Assembly (NCBI GenBank): GCA_052327205.1
Contig: CM126217.1
Location: forward strand, 39,742,001 to 39,806,000
Origin: Somniosus microcephalus
Taxonomy: Eukaryota
DNA length: 64,000 nt
Reading direction: 5' to 3'
In this document: one piece after another, positions 1 through 12,652 of the stretch
Numbering within the stretch: position 1 is the stretch's first letter
How the letters are laid out: every line of letters starts with the position of its first letter
Program-made: the position numbers and the translations under genes
The notes under the pieces: generated by a model
Told to the model about the DNA's origin: nothing
The model's input: only the letters and a program-made list of their open reading frames with translations
Databases searched by the model: none

Positions 1-747
1 TGTCAGGTCCCCAATTTGCGAATGGACCCCGACACCTAGCGGTGGGAAACGGATTAAAGGCAATTAACTGCCTAATAACAGGTACTTGTCAGCAGTTTTC
101 AGCCTGTTCTTTGATTTTTATGCTTCTGGGTCGGGTTTCCCGACATCCGGACACCACGCCAGGTAAGTGTGGCGTGCTGCGAGTCTGGTGTACTGTTTGT
201 GAAAAGATGACAGCTGCAGAAGTGGTGTGAAGGATGCAATGCTGCACATGGTGCGTTTCAGAGCAAAGAAAGTGTTGGTTACTGCATTTTTAAAACATAT
301 ACATATTTCTTTAGCTTACAGGTTTTGAAATCCAACTATATGTCCAGTGCCACTTCATTGGGAGAACCTCTCTCACCAGTGATAGATCACTTCTGTCATC
401 TCACCTGCAGCTGCCATCTATTCCAGCATATGGAGGGAGTCATTGGAGAGCCTTTGTGCAGTGATTGTCAGTGTTTTCAGCACCTCCATGCTGTCAAACA
501 CTGAGAAATCAACTGTCAAAATAAAATTGTGCGTGGTCCCTTTAAGGAAACCGGCAGATGACGCGTCATCAAATGACGTCATCAGACCCGCTTCCTGTTA
601 AGTGGCCGGTAAGCCTGCTGGGCGGGCTTAACCAGGTCAATCAAGGGAAAATCACGTCTGTGGAGCAGAGGTAGCTGGGGGGCGGGACTGGAACCCAGAA
701 AACAGCTGTCCCGCACCCATCCCGACACCGATCACAAAATCACGGCC
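1..747. mobile_element. Probable non-autonomous DNA-transposon-like repeat in a DNM1L-like intron, truncated by the window start
   Basis: CpG-rich block ending AAAATCACGGCC and switching abruptly to AT-rich intron. Similar GGCC-type ends at ~12488 and ~42931. The partner terminus is not in the window. Confidence 0.3.
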
Positions 748-928
748 TATGTATTTGCGATGTCCAAATGTATATTGAGACCAGTGATAAATAATCGAAC
801 ATTTCTCAGTTGAGTTAATATAAGTTGAAGTGCCTGTTTAGTTGCTGTGCATATATTTCCATGTAATTTGTCAACAAAAATAATGCCATCATTGAAAGTA
901 TCTTAGCTAAGTTCTTCTGCTATTCTAG

Positions 929-1088
929 TGTGCCAAAAGCTGTGATGAATTTCCTAGTCAATTATGTGAAGGACAATCTACAAAGTGAACTGGTTGGTCA
1001 ACTGTACAAGTCAATGCTGCTGGAAGACCTTCTTACTGAATCAGAGGACATGGCCCAGCGCAGGAAGGAGGCTGCAGACATGCTAAAG
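929..1088 (+). CDS. DNM1L: Dynamin-1-like protein (Drp1), penultimate coding exon (GED domain)
   Basis: AG at 927-928, GT at 1089-1090, 160 nt. Translates to [53 protein letters not shown], near-identical to the vertebrate Drp1 GED. Orthologue versus paralogue not resolved. Confidence 0.93.
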
Positions 1089-1418
1089 GTATTAATTGTG
1101 TAGTTTAAAAACTGTTATTAATATCACAAAGTGGAATCTTTCATAATCCAAGTTCATAGAATTGTTCCTCTCATCCCTGAACCATGTATTATCCCTGGCC
1201 AGAAGAGGCAGTCTGTTTGTAGGCTTCTGTGAAAGTTGGGTTTTTTAAAATAAGGAAAGTAAACTGCTGTGAAGCGTATGTGCTCCTTTTGGTGCCTTCC
1301 CATGATGGCATGGCTGAAATCAGAGACTCACTCTAGGGAACCATGTGCATGAGCCATCACTTTGCTACTTGGGAGTAACAAATCTTCAGTATACTGCACA
1401 ACCATACTATTCAATGTA

Positions 1419-1740
1419 CAGGAAACTTTGGTTTATCCGGAGGTTATATGTCCGGAATACTCGATCTAACGGCAAAAATCAGGAGCCGTTTTCTATAAGT
1501 TTTTTTTAGTTCTCGTTGCTTTTTTTTCCCCCAGTCAGGCACTGCAAGGTCTGTAGCTATAGCAACAGCTTCAGCTAGAGATGCTTGCAGCTGCAGCCGA
1601 CTGTTTTGAAGCTGTTGCTAAGCAACAGGGTTTGTTGATTCACACGGAGCTTTTCAGTTCCGTAAGCTGGTATGTCCGGCACTTTTGATGGCACGGCACC
1701 AGCTCGGTCCCGTCAGTGCCGGATATCAGAAAGTTTCCTG
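1419..1740. mobile_element. MITE, Tc1/mariner-pogo type (copy 1), in the last DNM1L-like intron
   Basis: TIRs CAGGAAACTTT...AAAGTTTCCTG. TA on the left, CA on the right. Homologous to 54762-55084 and 61575-61887 in the opposite orientation. Confidence 0.85.
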
Positions 1741-1916
1741 CACTGCATTGTCATACCCTTATGTAGTAATTCTTACAATTTTATTTTATTGGTAAATTCC
1801 TGTGCCAAACAAGGTGAGGGATGCAGAACAGTTTATAAAAAAAAAAAATCACAAACTGTCAATCCAATCCAAATATGTGCAGAAACTGACCCTAAATGAT
1901 TTTTCTTCCCAAACAG

Positions 1917-1973
1917 GCCTTACAACGAGCCAGCCAGGTTATTGCAGAAATACGGGAAACCCACCTGTGGTGA
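1917..1973 (+). CDS. DNM1L: Dynamin-1-like protein, last coding exon
   Basis: Pyrimidine tract plus CAG acceptor (1914-1916), in phase with the previous exon. Encodes ALQRASQVIAEIRETHLW*, matching the Drp1 C-terminus. Confidence 0.93.
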   Translation, partial: ALQRASQVIAEIRETHLW

Positions 1974-4228
1974 ACCTCTTGGCCATACATCCTAGAGTTC
2001 CCTTGGATGGATACATCAATTACTTGAATGCTGCTGAATTGATAAATGCACTGTTTATTTGCTTACTGTGTAAAAATGTGTTTATAAACTGTCAGCTATG
2101 GCACTGAAAAGGAAACTACAGAAACCCAATGCCGTAAATCTCAAGCCCTTTATGTATTTCCTACTGAGCTTGTGTAATATTTGTTTCATAGTTCTGTGGT
2201 GGTACAAAATGCATTGTAAGTTTAAATTGGAAAATAGAAATCTTTGGAATCACACAATCCACTGATCTTGCCTCCATTCCAGCTTTTTGACCTCTCTGCA
2301 ATGTTTGCTCATTATGTAGGCAATGATATCCCATTAAGTTCATACAGTCTAGAAGTACTTGAAACAAATAATTTTTTGCATTGGCCATTTTTGCCTATGA
2401 AACACTTGAAATCATCACTTAATCTTTAGGGTGGTCCCATTAGGTGCATAAAAGATCTTTTTTACTTAGTTGTAGGTGCCCATATTGTTAAGAGCAAAGG
2501 ACCAAATGTCACTATGAAAATTTCTTCCTGGCCTGCACAAGTTACAAACTTGCAGATTTAGTAAATGCTAATATCTTTCCTGCCATGTTGTTCATGAGGC
2601 AGGACAAATTATGGGAGAAATGGAGGCTCAGGAATGTGAGAGAGCTCTGGGCCGAGGCAGTAAGTAGCAGGCTAAGGCCTGTCCGAGCATGAGACGCAGA
2701 GAGCAAGTAGCAGAAAAGGCTGATCCTGATTCTGAGAGGACCAGGGAGTAAGTGGCAGGAACCGTCCAGCAGACCTTATGCAGGTAAATTCAGACTTGCC
2801 TCTGTTGTTGTATCTCTACTGGGCTGAGTGTGGAGATTGAAGCAGGGAGCTGTTGTGACAGTTATGTCCTAGAGAAATATTTTTCTTAAGAAATTAGAAA
2901 CTGTAGAAATATGCAACCAATGAGAATGCAGACATGATGCAAGATTTAGTGATTATAGCTAGATACATGTAAAAAGGAACTTGCTGTTCCAGCAGTCAAT
3001 GAGAGTATGATGAAAGTACAAGCATCAACTATATTCTGCTCACCCAATCAAGCCAGAAATAACTGCTGATGCTATCTTTTTTTGTAGCTGGTTTACCAGT
3101 CTTGAGCTGCCATTTTTGGATGATGCAAAGTACATTTGCTGATACAAAAGGACATTAGATCTCTCATTGCATTAAGTTATCAAGTGTCCTCTATAAAGTC
3201 ACTCAGTACAGTATATGTGTGTAATACTGAAATGTTATTTTGCTATTTGATATTTTGTAATTTAACATTCAGCAAAGATTATTATACTTCAGATTTAACT
3301 TGCTACTTTTAGAAAAAATCCTTTGGTATAATTTCCCCTGCTTTCATTCTTATTCCCCTTCCCAAAAAATGAAGAAATTAAAAATTTGATACAAATATCA
3401 AGAGTCAAGGAATCAACCAATGGCACTTCTGGGCTCCAGGGATATTGGGATAGTTCCCAGTCCCTACTGGCTATCTGATTAGCAGTATCACTTATACTGT
3501 GTGCTGGAAGTGAGCACTTGTAATGTCATTTATTTTTTGGAGAGCCCCTAGTAGCTGGTCTGGTAGGGCCAAGGCTGCCCTTTGTACTATTGGTATAGGA
3601 GCAAGAAGACAATTAATAATCCGCCAACTATCTGTTCACAACCTGTCCACTGAAACTACTTGTAAGGAGCTGATGGTTACCGAGGACGGAAAATTGGTGC
3701 GAACATAAGGAACTAAGTTAAGTAAACTAAAAGCATTCAGGAAGTAACAACGGTGACGGCATCTAATCTTAGAACAAGGGACAGAATGGTGATACTTAAA
3801 GCTAAACCTGGTATTTGTACTATGAAGAGAGCCTGAGGAGATTGACTGAGAGTCATCAGCTGCTGTATTGTAAGTAAGAACTCAGTAGGATCTGAGAAAC
3901 AGGATTCAAATTTGGAACAGAACAAGGATTTGGTTTTTTTTAAACTATCGGTTGACTTAGAAATAAAAAGTTCCAGTTGTGTGAAAAGCTTGTTTCACCT
4001 TTTATCTCAAGGTTATTGGGTTAAAGGGTTTAACCTGAAGAATTACTTAAAACTGAGTGGTATGATGCATAAATTGGTTTTTCATGTTGTGATTTACAGA
4101 TTATATGATCGATTTGGTTAATGGTGCTTGAATTAGTGTGCGGTATTGTGTAATAATGATTGAAGTTAATGGATTAATCCATTGTAATCTTCCTAATAAA
4201 TGTAATTGGGTGTCAGTCAGGAAAATAA

Positions 4229-7200
4229 GTTTTTTTTAATTCGTTCATGGGATGTGGGCGTCGCTGGCAAGGCCAGCATTTATTGCCCATCCCTAGTTGC
4301 CCTTGAGAAGGTGGTGGTGAGCTGCTGCCTTGAACCGCTGCAGTCCGTGTGATCAGGGTTCTCCCACAGTGCTGTTAGGGAGGGAGTTCCAGGATTTTGA
4401 CCCAGAGACGATGAAGGATCAGCGATATACTTCTAAGTCAGGATGGTGTGTGACTTGGAGGGGAACTTGGAGGTGGTGGTGTTCCCATGCGCCTGCTGCC
4501 CTTGTTCTTCTAGGTGGTAGAGGTCGTGGGTTTGGGAGGTGCTGCCAAAGAAGCCTTGGCGAATTGCTGCAGTGCATCTTGTAGATGGTACACATTGCAG
4601 CCACGGTACGCTGGTGGTGGAGGGAATGAATGTTTAAGGTGGTGGATGGAGTGCCAATCAAGCGGGCTGCTTTGTCTTGGATGGTGTCGAGCTTCTTGAG
4701 TGTTGTTGGAGCTGCACTCATCCAGGCAAGTGGAGAGTATTCCATCACATTCCTGACTTGTGCCTTGTAGATGGTGGAAAGGCTTTTGGAGAGTCGGGAG
4801 GTGAGACGCTCGCCACAGAATACCTAGCCTCTGACCTGCTCGTGTTGCCACAGTATTTATGTGGCTGGCCCAGTTAAGTTTCTGGTCAATGGTGACCCCA
4901 CCTCAGGAGGGGGGGGATTCAGCGATAATAATGCTGTTGAATGTCAAGGGGCAGTGGTTAGATGCTCGCTTGTTGGATATAGTCATTGGCTGGCACTTGG
5001 TGTGGCGTGAATGTTACCTGCCACTTACCAGCCCAAGCCTGAATGTCGTCCAGGTCTTACTGCATGCGGGCATGGACTGCTTCATTATCTGAGGAGTTGC
5101 GAATGGCACTGAACACTGTGCAATCATCAGCGAACATCCCCACTTCTGACCTTATATTGGAGGGAAGGTCATTGATGAAGTAGCTGAAGATGGTTGAGCC
5201 TAGGACACTGCCCTGAGGAACTCCTGCAGCGATGTCCTGGGGCTGTGATGATTGACCTCCAACCACCACAACCATCTTCCTTTGTGCTAGCTATGAATCC
5301 AGCCAGTGGAGAATTTTCTCCCCGATTCCCATTGGCTTCAGTTTTACTAGGGTTCCTTAATGCCACACTCGACCAAATGCTACCTTGATGTCAAGGGCAG
5401 TCACTCTCACCTCGCCTCTGGAATTTAGCTCCATGTTTGGACCAAGGCAGTAATGATTCTGGAGCCGAGTGGACCTGGCGGAACCCAAACTGGGCATCAG
5501 TGAGCAGGTTATTGGTGAGTAAGTGCTGCTTGATAGCACTGTCGATGACACCTTCCATCACTTTGCTGATGATTGAGAGTAGACTGATGGGGCGGTAATT
5601 GGCCGGACTGGATTTGTCCTGCTTTTTGTGGACAGGACATAACTGGGCAGTTTTCCACATTGTCGGATAGATGCCAGTGTTATAGCTGTACTGGAACAGC
5701 TTGGCTAGAGGCGCGGCTAGTTCCGGAGCACAAGTCTTCAGCATGACAGTTGGGATGTTGCCACGGCCCACAGCCTTTGCTGTATCCAGTGCGCTCAGCC
5801 GTTTCTTGATGTCACGTTCAGTGAATCGAATTGGCTGAAGACTGGCTTCTGTGATGGGGGGACCTCAGGAGGCGGCCAATATGGATCATCCACTCGGCAC
5901 TTCTAGCTGAAGATGGTTGCAAACGCTTCAGCTTTGTCTTTTGCACTCAAGTGCTGAGCTCCACCATCATTGAGGATGGGGATATTTATGGAGCCTCCTC
6001 GTCCCATTAGTTGTTTAATGGTCCACCAGCATTCGTGGCTGGATGTGGCAGGACTGCAGAGTTTTGATCTGATCCGTTGATTGTGGGATCGCTTAGCTCT
6101 GTCTAGCATGCTGCTTCTGCTTTTTAGCATGCATGTAGTCCTGTGATGCAGCTTCCCCAGGTTGATACTGCATTTTTAGGTACGCCTGGTGGTGCTCCTG
6201 GTATGCTTTTCTACATTCCTGGCTTGATGGTAAAGGTAGAGTGAGGGATATGCTGGGCGATGAGGTTACAGATTGTGGTGGAATACAATTTTGCTGCTGC
6301 TGATGGCCCACAGTGCCTCATGGATGCCCAGTTTTGAGCTGCTAGATCTGTACTGAATCTATCCCATTTAGCACGGTAGTACCACACAACACGATGGAGG
6401 CTGTCCTCAGTGTGAAGACGGGACTTTGTTTCCACAATGGCTGTGTGGTGGTCACTGCTGCCAATACTGTCATGGACAAATGCATCTGCGACAGGTAGAT
6501 TGGTGAGTTACGAGGTCAAGTAGGTTTTTTCCCTCGTGTTGGTTCTCTCACCACCTGTCACAAGCCTAGACTGGCAGCTATGTCCTTCAGGACTCCTTCA
6601 GGACTCGGCAGCTCTGAGCCACTCTTGGTGAAGGACATTGAAGTCCCCCACCCAGAGTACATTCTGTGCCCTTGCTATTCTCAGCAATTCCTCCAAGTGG
6701 TGTTCAACATGGAGGAGTACTGATTCATCAGCTGAGCGAGGGCAGTAGTTGGTAATCAGCAAGAGGTTTCCTTACCTATACTTGACCTGAAGCCAGGAGA
6801 CTTCATGGGGTCCAGAGTCAATGTTGAGGACTCCCAGGGCCACTCCTTCCCGACTGTATACCACTGTGCCGCCAGTACCCCTGGTGGGTCTGTCCTGCCG
6901 GTGGGACAAGACATACCCAGCGATGGTGATGGAGGAGTTTGGGACATTGGCTGAAAGATATGATTCTGTGAGTATGACTATGTCAGGCTGTTGCTTGACT
7001 AGTCTGTGGGACAGCTCTCCCAATTTTGGCACAAGCCCCCAGATGATGGTGAGGAGGACTTTGCAGGGTTGACTGGGCTGGATGTGCCATTGTCATAGCC
7101 GGTGCCGAGGTCGATGCCGGGTGGTTCGTCTGGTTTTATTCTTATTGTTTTTGTAGTGGTTTTTTACAACTGAATGGCTTGCTAGGTCATTTCAGAGGGC

Positions 7201-7455
7201 AGTTAAGAGTCAACCACATTGCTGTGGGTCTGGAGTCACATATAGGCCAGACCAGGTAAGGATGGCAGATTTCCTTCCCTAAAGGACATTAGTCAACCAG
7301 ATGGGTTTTTAGTTTCATGGTCGTCATTACTGATACTAGCCTTTTATTCCAGATTTATTTAATTAACTGAATTTAAATTCCCCAGCTACCGTGGTGGGAT
7401 TTGAACTCACGTCTCCAGATCATTAGTCCAGTAACATAACCAGCATGCTACCATT
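4229..7455 (-). mobile_element. CR1-group non-LTR retrotransposon with a tRNA/SINE-derived 5' end, no ORF1, and a degenerate endonuclease + RT ORF2
   Basis: Minus-strand fragments read KVLLTIIWGLVPKLGELSHRLVKQQPDIVILTESYL (APE start), [23 protein letters not shown]. Several frameshifts. A-tail at 4229-4237. Pol III head at ~7385-7455. Confidence 0.88.
7150..7455 (-). promoter_or_regulatory. tRNA-derived SINE head and conserved body (resembles MetaSINE/SlmI type) forming the 5' end of the LINE
   Basis: A box TAGCATGCTGG (7450-7440), B box GTTCAAATCCC (7406-7396). Body ACTAATGTCCTTTAGGGAAGGAAATCTGCC...GTGACTCCAG is shared with the free SINE at 46717-47012. Family name is from memory. Confidence 0.75.
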
Positions 7456-7714
7456 TCCGATAAAGTTCAAGTAGTGAGCTGAATTTAAAACTAATTAATA
7501 CTCTTCAAGATTAAAATTTAATTCACAATCATACTCCTCTTGGAAATATTACATTCATAAACATTATTTTCCCCATGTGTGTGGGTATAATATATATATA
7601 TCATATAATTTGTATCTACTATTCAGTAGAGAGATGGTCTCCGACAAATGATTCGTCTGTGTTTTACAATCAGTTATGAGATCAGTTGTGATCTTAATCT
7701 TTACCATTAAGGTG

Positions 7715-7779
7715 TCGGTGCAGGCTCGATGGGCCGAAATGGCCTCTCTCTGCACTGTGGGGTTTCTGTGATTCTGTGA
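7715..7779 (+). mobile_element. Short CR1/HE1-type 3' tail fragment
   Basis: GCAGGCTCGATGGGCCGAAATGGCCT stem-loop followed by a TTCTGTGA-type tail repeat. Confidence 0.6.
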
Positions 7780-9281
7780 TAGTGCCTATTGAAATCATCC
7801 AGAGGTGAGAGTGGGCTTTATGTGGTTATGGTAGAAAGTATCTGTTCCAACTGGGATTATGTTCTTGACCAGTGGCTGCGAGGCACAGGCAGATATGTGG
7901 TGCAGTGGTTTTGCATTGTCTTTACTTCCTGCTCTAGAAGAAAATATTACTTAAAGCCAAGTGGAAGAAAATGAGAGTGCAGAACACATTTTTCCTCATG
8001 TTTCCTGCTGCAGTAGTATTATTTTCAAGACCACTGGTTTTCACAGGAAAAGTGAACAGAGAATTCAGTACTTAAAACACCAGAGTCCCATGCAATAAAA
8101 GAATTTGACTTATTCAGTCACTGCAAACCGTGTCCTTTTTCCAACATTGCAGCTGACTTTGACCCAGTGTCTACACAAACCACTTCCCGCAAGGTTTGCT
8201 GGATAATAAGCAGCAGTGCTGAGCTTAAGTGGTGGCTAAAACCAACTGAATCAGTACAGACCAGGGATTGAAGCCGGGATCTTCCTGAGCTTATGGCTCA
8301 ACTATTCAATGGTTGCATTCAACCATGCAATTGTATTTTAATACATGCAGGCTAGAGGAACCAAGTGGTGGAGTCTATTAACATGACCACTAAATGAACA
8401 GTATTCATTGGGATTCAGTTCTAGGTATCTCAGTGAATTAAGTAATCACATGCATTATGTCATCATTTAATGGTTCACAGAAATATTTTCATTACTTCCA
8501 TTTGTGAATCTAATGTCTGCTTTTAGGTTTTGATAGAATACACATTGGGTAAAAAGTTTCCTGTTCACTCATGTCAAGATGTGTCATTTCATTAACCTGT
8601 ATGCACTTACAGTAAACTGTATACCATTGCAGAGGGGTGTTGACAATGAAGGGGCTAGTATTGGTTAGCCTAGCATCTCATGGTTAACATATACATTTCA
8701 AGTATAATATAGATCCTGTATGTTTGAAACATGTACTAATGTTACCATTTATGCTTTCTGTATGGTACATGTCCATGACCAGTAATTTCACTTCTCTCAG
8801 TAATGCAAATCCCTTTAAGTCAGACAAACTAAATAAATTTGAATTGTCATTGGTAAAGATCAGTATATATTGAGTATAATATACATATCTTGGATTTGTA
8901 GAGAAGCTATTCAGTTAAATTGTGGCTCATAAGGTTTCACTAAAAGAAAGTTGCACAGCAGGACTCGGTACTGGCATAATGACATTGTAGACAGCATTAC
9001 AATTCAGCTGGATTTCTTTGTTTTGATAATGTCTATTCAAACAAACTGTATCCACTTTATTTAAAAAAAAAAGCAATCTTATTGCAATGAAATTAATATA
9101 ATGTACTCTTTTCCAAAGTCACTTGATCTAAATTATTCTTTTAGCACTAAATTAATACTTTGCTGTGTTATTTACATTGCTTAATTAAATTTAAAGATGT
9201 TTTAATTATCAGGGTTAAATTAATCACTAAAATAGAACATGCATTCAAAACATGTGTCTTCATGCTGACCAGTGTAGTCTA

Positions 9282-9645
9282 CATAGGATTACACAGGATA
9301 TACGGCACAGAAACAGGCCATTCGGCCCAACCAGCCCATGCTGGCGTTTATGCTCCACTCGAGCCTCCTCCCATCTTTCCTCATCTAAAACTATCAGCAT
9401 AACCCTCTATTCCCTTTTCTCTCATATGCTTGTCTAGCCTTCCTTTAAATGCATCTATACTATTCTCATCAACCACTCCATGTGGTAGCACCACTCTTTG
9501 AGTAAAGAAGTTTCTTCTAAATTCCCTATTGGATTTCTTGGTGACTATCTTGTATTGATGGCCTCTAGTTATGCTCTTCCCCACAAGTGGAAACATTCTC
9601 TCTGTATTCACTATCAAAAATTTTCATAATATTAAAGACCTCTGT
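9282..9645 (-). mobile_element. CR1 LINE 3' fragment
   Basis: ORF2 C-terminus (TRGHQYK...RRNFFTQRVV) plus 3' stem-loop and tail. Confidence 0.85.
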
Positions 9646-9898
9646 TACAGTTGACTTATTTATGAAAATTTGTTAAACAAATTCACTAGTTATAAGTGAT
9701 GAGCTGAACCGCTATATGAATTACAAGTACAGACGGGTGAATGCACAATTTATTGAACCTAGGAATAATCACTTGGAAACCATAATGATGCTAATACTTT
9801 TATATGTTTAATTAAATTTTTTATATTCCAGTCTATATATACATATGATAGTCACATATATGTACGCCTGTGTGTGTGTGTATATATATATATATATA

Positions 9899-10349
9899 CC
9901 TACACCATCCAGGACAAAACCACCCGCTTGATTGGCACCCATCCACCACCTTAAATATTCACTCCCTCCAGCTGTAGCTGCAGTGTGTACCAGCTACAAG
10001 ATGCACTGCAGCAATTCACTAAGGCTTCTTCGACAGCACCTCCTAAACCTGCGACCTCTACCATCTTAAAAGGACATGGGCAGCAGGTGCATGGGAACAC
10101 CACTACCTGCAAATTCCCCATCAAGTCACACCATCCTGACTTGGAAATATATTGCTGTTCCTTCATCGGTGCTAGGTCAGAATCCTGGAACTCGCTCCCT
10201 AACAGCACTGTGGGAGTACCTTCCCCTCACAGACTGCAGCGGTTCAAGAAGGTGGCTCACCACCACTTTCTCAAAGGCAATTAGGGATGGGCAATAAATG
10301 TTGGCTTTGCCAGCAATGCCCACAACCATGAACAAAACGTTAAAAAAAA
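9899..10349 (+). mobile_element. 5'-truncated copy of the 4229-7455 LINE family
   Basis: Matches the reverse complement of ~4240-4690 (GGGATGGGCAATAAATG...GCCCACA...A-tail). Confidence 0.85.
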
Positions 10350-10586
10350 CATACATATATGAGCTGTGAGCACAGAGCTTGGTGATGACAGAGTTGGGTG
10401 AATCTGCTGAATGGAGTGACGACAGGAATTTGGTGAGTGGGAATTCACTGGTAAGTAGTGGGTGAGTAATAGAGTGTGTTATCAAATGAAATTTAGCCTC
10501 GTTTTCTTTAAAACTACTTCAAAACTGCAAGTCAGTAGCAGTTAACAGTCAATCAGCTGTAAGTGGGTCCCTAACTAGTTTAATTA

Positions 10587-11216
10587 TAAAAGCAAAATGC
10601 TGCAGATGCTGGAAATCTGAAATAAAAACAAAATGCTGGAAATACTCAGCAGGTCAGGCAGCATCTGTAGAGATAATGTTTCAGGTCGATGACCCTTCGT
10701 CAGAACTGGGAAAAAGTTGAAGATGTAACAGATTTTTAAGCAAGTGTAGGGGGAGGGAAGGTCTGTGAGAGGATGGAAGGCAGAAGAGATTGAGACAAAA
10801 GGGATGATGGTGTAAGGCAAAAGGAGATGGTAATGGACCTGCTCAAACACAAGAAGGGAAACAGCAATGAAGATGAACAAGGTAAAAGAGACAAACGAAA
10901 ATCCTGTCAGAGAGAAGAGCAGAACTTCAAGGTGGGCATTCCTAGAAGAGAGGTAGCAGTGAATTAAACACTAATATACAAGAGCAAAATACTGCGGATG
11001 CTGGAAATCTGAAATAAAAACTGGAAATACTCAGGTCAGGCAGCATCTGTGGAGAGAGAAACAGTTAACGTTTCAGGTCGATGACCGTCAGAACTGGAAA
11101 AAGTTGGAGATGTAACAGATTTTTAAGCAAGTGCAGGGGCAGGGAGAGGGGGGAGGGGAGGAAAGAACAAAAGGGACGGTCTGTGATAGGATGGAAGACA
11201 GGAGAGATTAAGAGAC
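10587..11216 (-). mobile_element. Penelope-like element fragment with two tandem pseudo-LTR units
   Basis: Direct repeats starting (A)GCAAAATRCTGCRGATGCTGGAAATCTG at ~10590 and ~10983, each with a hammerhead-like core on the minus strand. Flanked by TTAATTA on both sides. Confidence 0.7.
10670..10709 (-). ncRNA. Minimal type I hammerhead ribozyme motif, partly degenerate
   Basis: Minus strand AGTT-CTGACGA-AGGGTCATCGACCT-GAAA-C. The second copy (11063-11097) keeps GAAACGTTAACT but lost bases after CTGACG. Confidence 0.65.
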
Positions 11217-11496
11217 TTATTAATTAGGGAGGTGTTCACTATTGTGGCTGGCAGTTGACTGACCAGTTGTAATTAGTGCGTTTCTAAAAGGTATAAGGGA
11301 TATCTGCTAAAGTACAGAGCGGTGAGGTGGGTGGATCTGCTAAGCGGAGTGGCTTGCTAAACCGTAATTAATTAGCTCTGAGGAGTTCAAATTAAAATTA
11401 ACTAAGGCTACCAACATTAAAGGGATTGGGATTGCATTAAATAAAAATTTGGTATATTAAATAAATAAACTAAAAACATATATAAACATGAGCATA

Positions 11497-11600
11497 ATAG
11501 CAAAATACTGCGGATGCTGTTCTGATGAAGGTTAACTCTGTTTCTCTCTCCACGGATGCTGCCTGGCCTGAGTATTTTTAGCATTTTCTGTTATTTTATA
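11497..11600. mobile_element. Short rearranged Penelope pseudo-LTR fragment (inverted junction)
   Basis: GCAAAATACTGCGGATGCTG joined to the opposite-strand piece TTCTGATGAAG-GTTAACTCTG... Confidence 0.6.
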
Positions 11601-12652
11601 AACATGAGCAGATGGACATTTAAGCAAAATAATGGACAGCTGAGACCTGTGCCATGTGGGAACTCCAGGATTCCTCCTTCATGTGTAGGAAGTGCCTCCA
11701 GTTCCTTGAACTCGAGCTCAGGGTTTCTGAGCTTGAGGAATGTCTGGAGTCATTACACGGCATAAGGGAGGCTGAGAATTTTCTTGAGCTCACATTCCAG
11801 GAGGTGGTCACCCCACAGCTACAGAGAGGCCAAGAGGATAGTAAGAGGGTGGCCATCTGACGGTATGTGGGGGCAGGCAGTGCGGGATTCCTCCAGGAGG
11901 GTGGCCATCTGACAGGGTATAAGGGGGCAGGCAGTGCGGGATTCCTCCAGGAGGGTGGCACTCTCAAACTGGTTTTCAGTGCTGAATACTAGTGCAGGTG
12001 ATGAAACTTCAGGGGAGTGGAGTCTGGAGCAAATCCACAGCACCATGGGGCAAATGACTGCACGGGTGGGGGCACAGGCACAGAAAAGTGAAGGGATCTG
12101 ACCAAGGTGGATTGGAATCAAAGGTTGGCAGGTAAAACAGTAAATCAGCAATGGGACGGTTTCAGAGTGGAGATAATTCGGGTACAGACTAGACACATTC
12201 CCATGAGGGGGAAAGGAAGGACATATGTCCCAATCTTTATTTTGTTCTCTGTAAAATTTATTAAAACTAAATTAGAATCTGTTCATTTTACTTCCTGTTT
12301 TGCTGTCTGAGAATTCTTCACCAACTTGATGACATCACTGTTGCTGGACACTGCAGATTTGCTTGATTTGGTGCCAGATTCAAACCAAGGTCAGGAGATG
12401 AAATTCACACCAGAGATTGCTACATTTTTGTTGGCAACTTTCTTTGAGGTCAGCGGCGAGTGCCGTCGCTTACCGCAAATTCCGGGCCATAGAGATTAAA
12501 ATGAAACAGGAAAAAGCTTAATGTTGGATTCATAATTCAGTAGAGACCCAAGCTTAATACAAAAAGTACAGGGGAGATCTGAAAAAGGAAAGCGGGACAA
12601 AGAGTGTATGACAATAGATTAGCAGGTAGTATAAAAGTCTTTTATAAACATA

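Larger units (their letters stand above)
10360..12652 (+). mobile_element. Degraded CR1 5' portion (5'UTR, ORF1 zinc-finger/coiled-coil, start of ORF2), interrupted by Penelope-like and other insertions
   Basis: MWELQDSSFMCRKCLQFLELELRVSELE at 11654 (CR1 ORF1). VDWNQRLAGKTVNQQW at ~12105 and YDNRLAGSIKVFYKH at ~12605 (ORF2). Confidence 0.75.

Noticed and set aside
3661-4228. Possible solo LTR split by the LINE (TGTAAG start, AATAAA at 4195)
   Set aside because: No matching end with a TSD could be found.
7385-7455. tRNA gene
   Set aside because: A and B boxes are present but no complete cloverleaf or T-run terminator. It continues into a SINE body.
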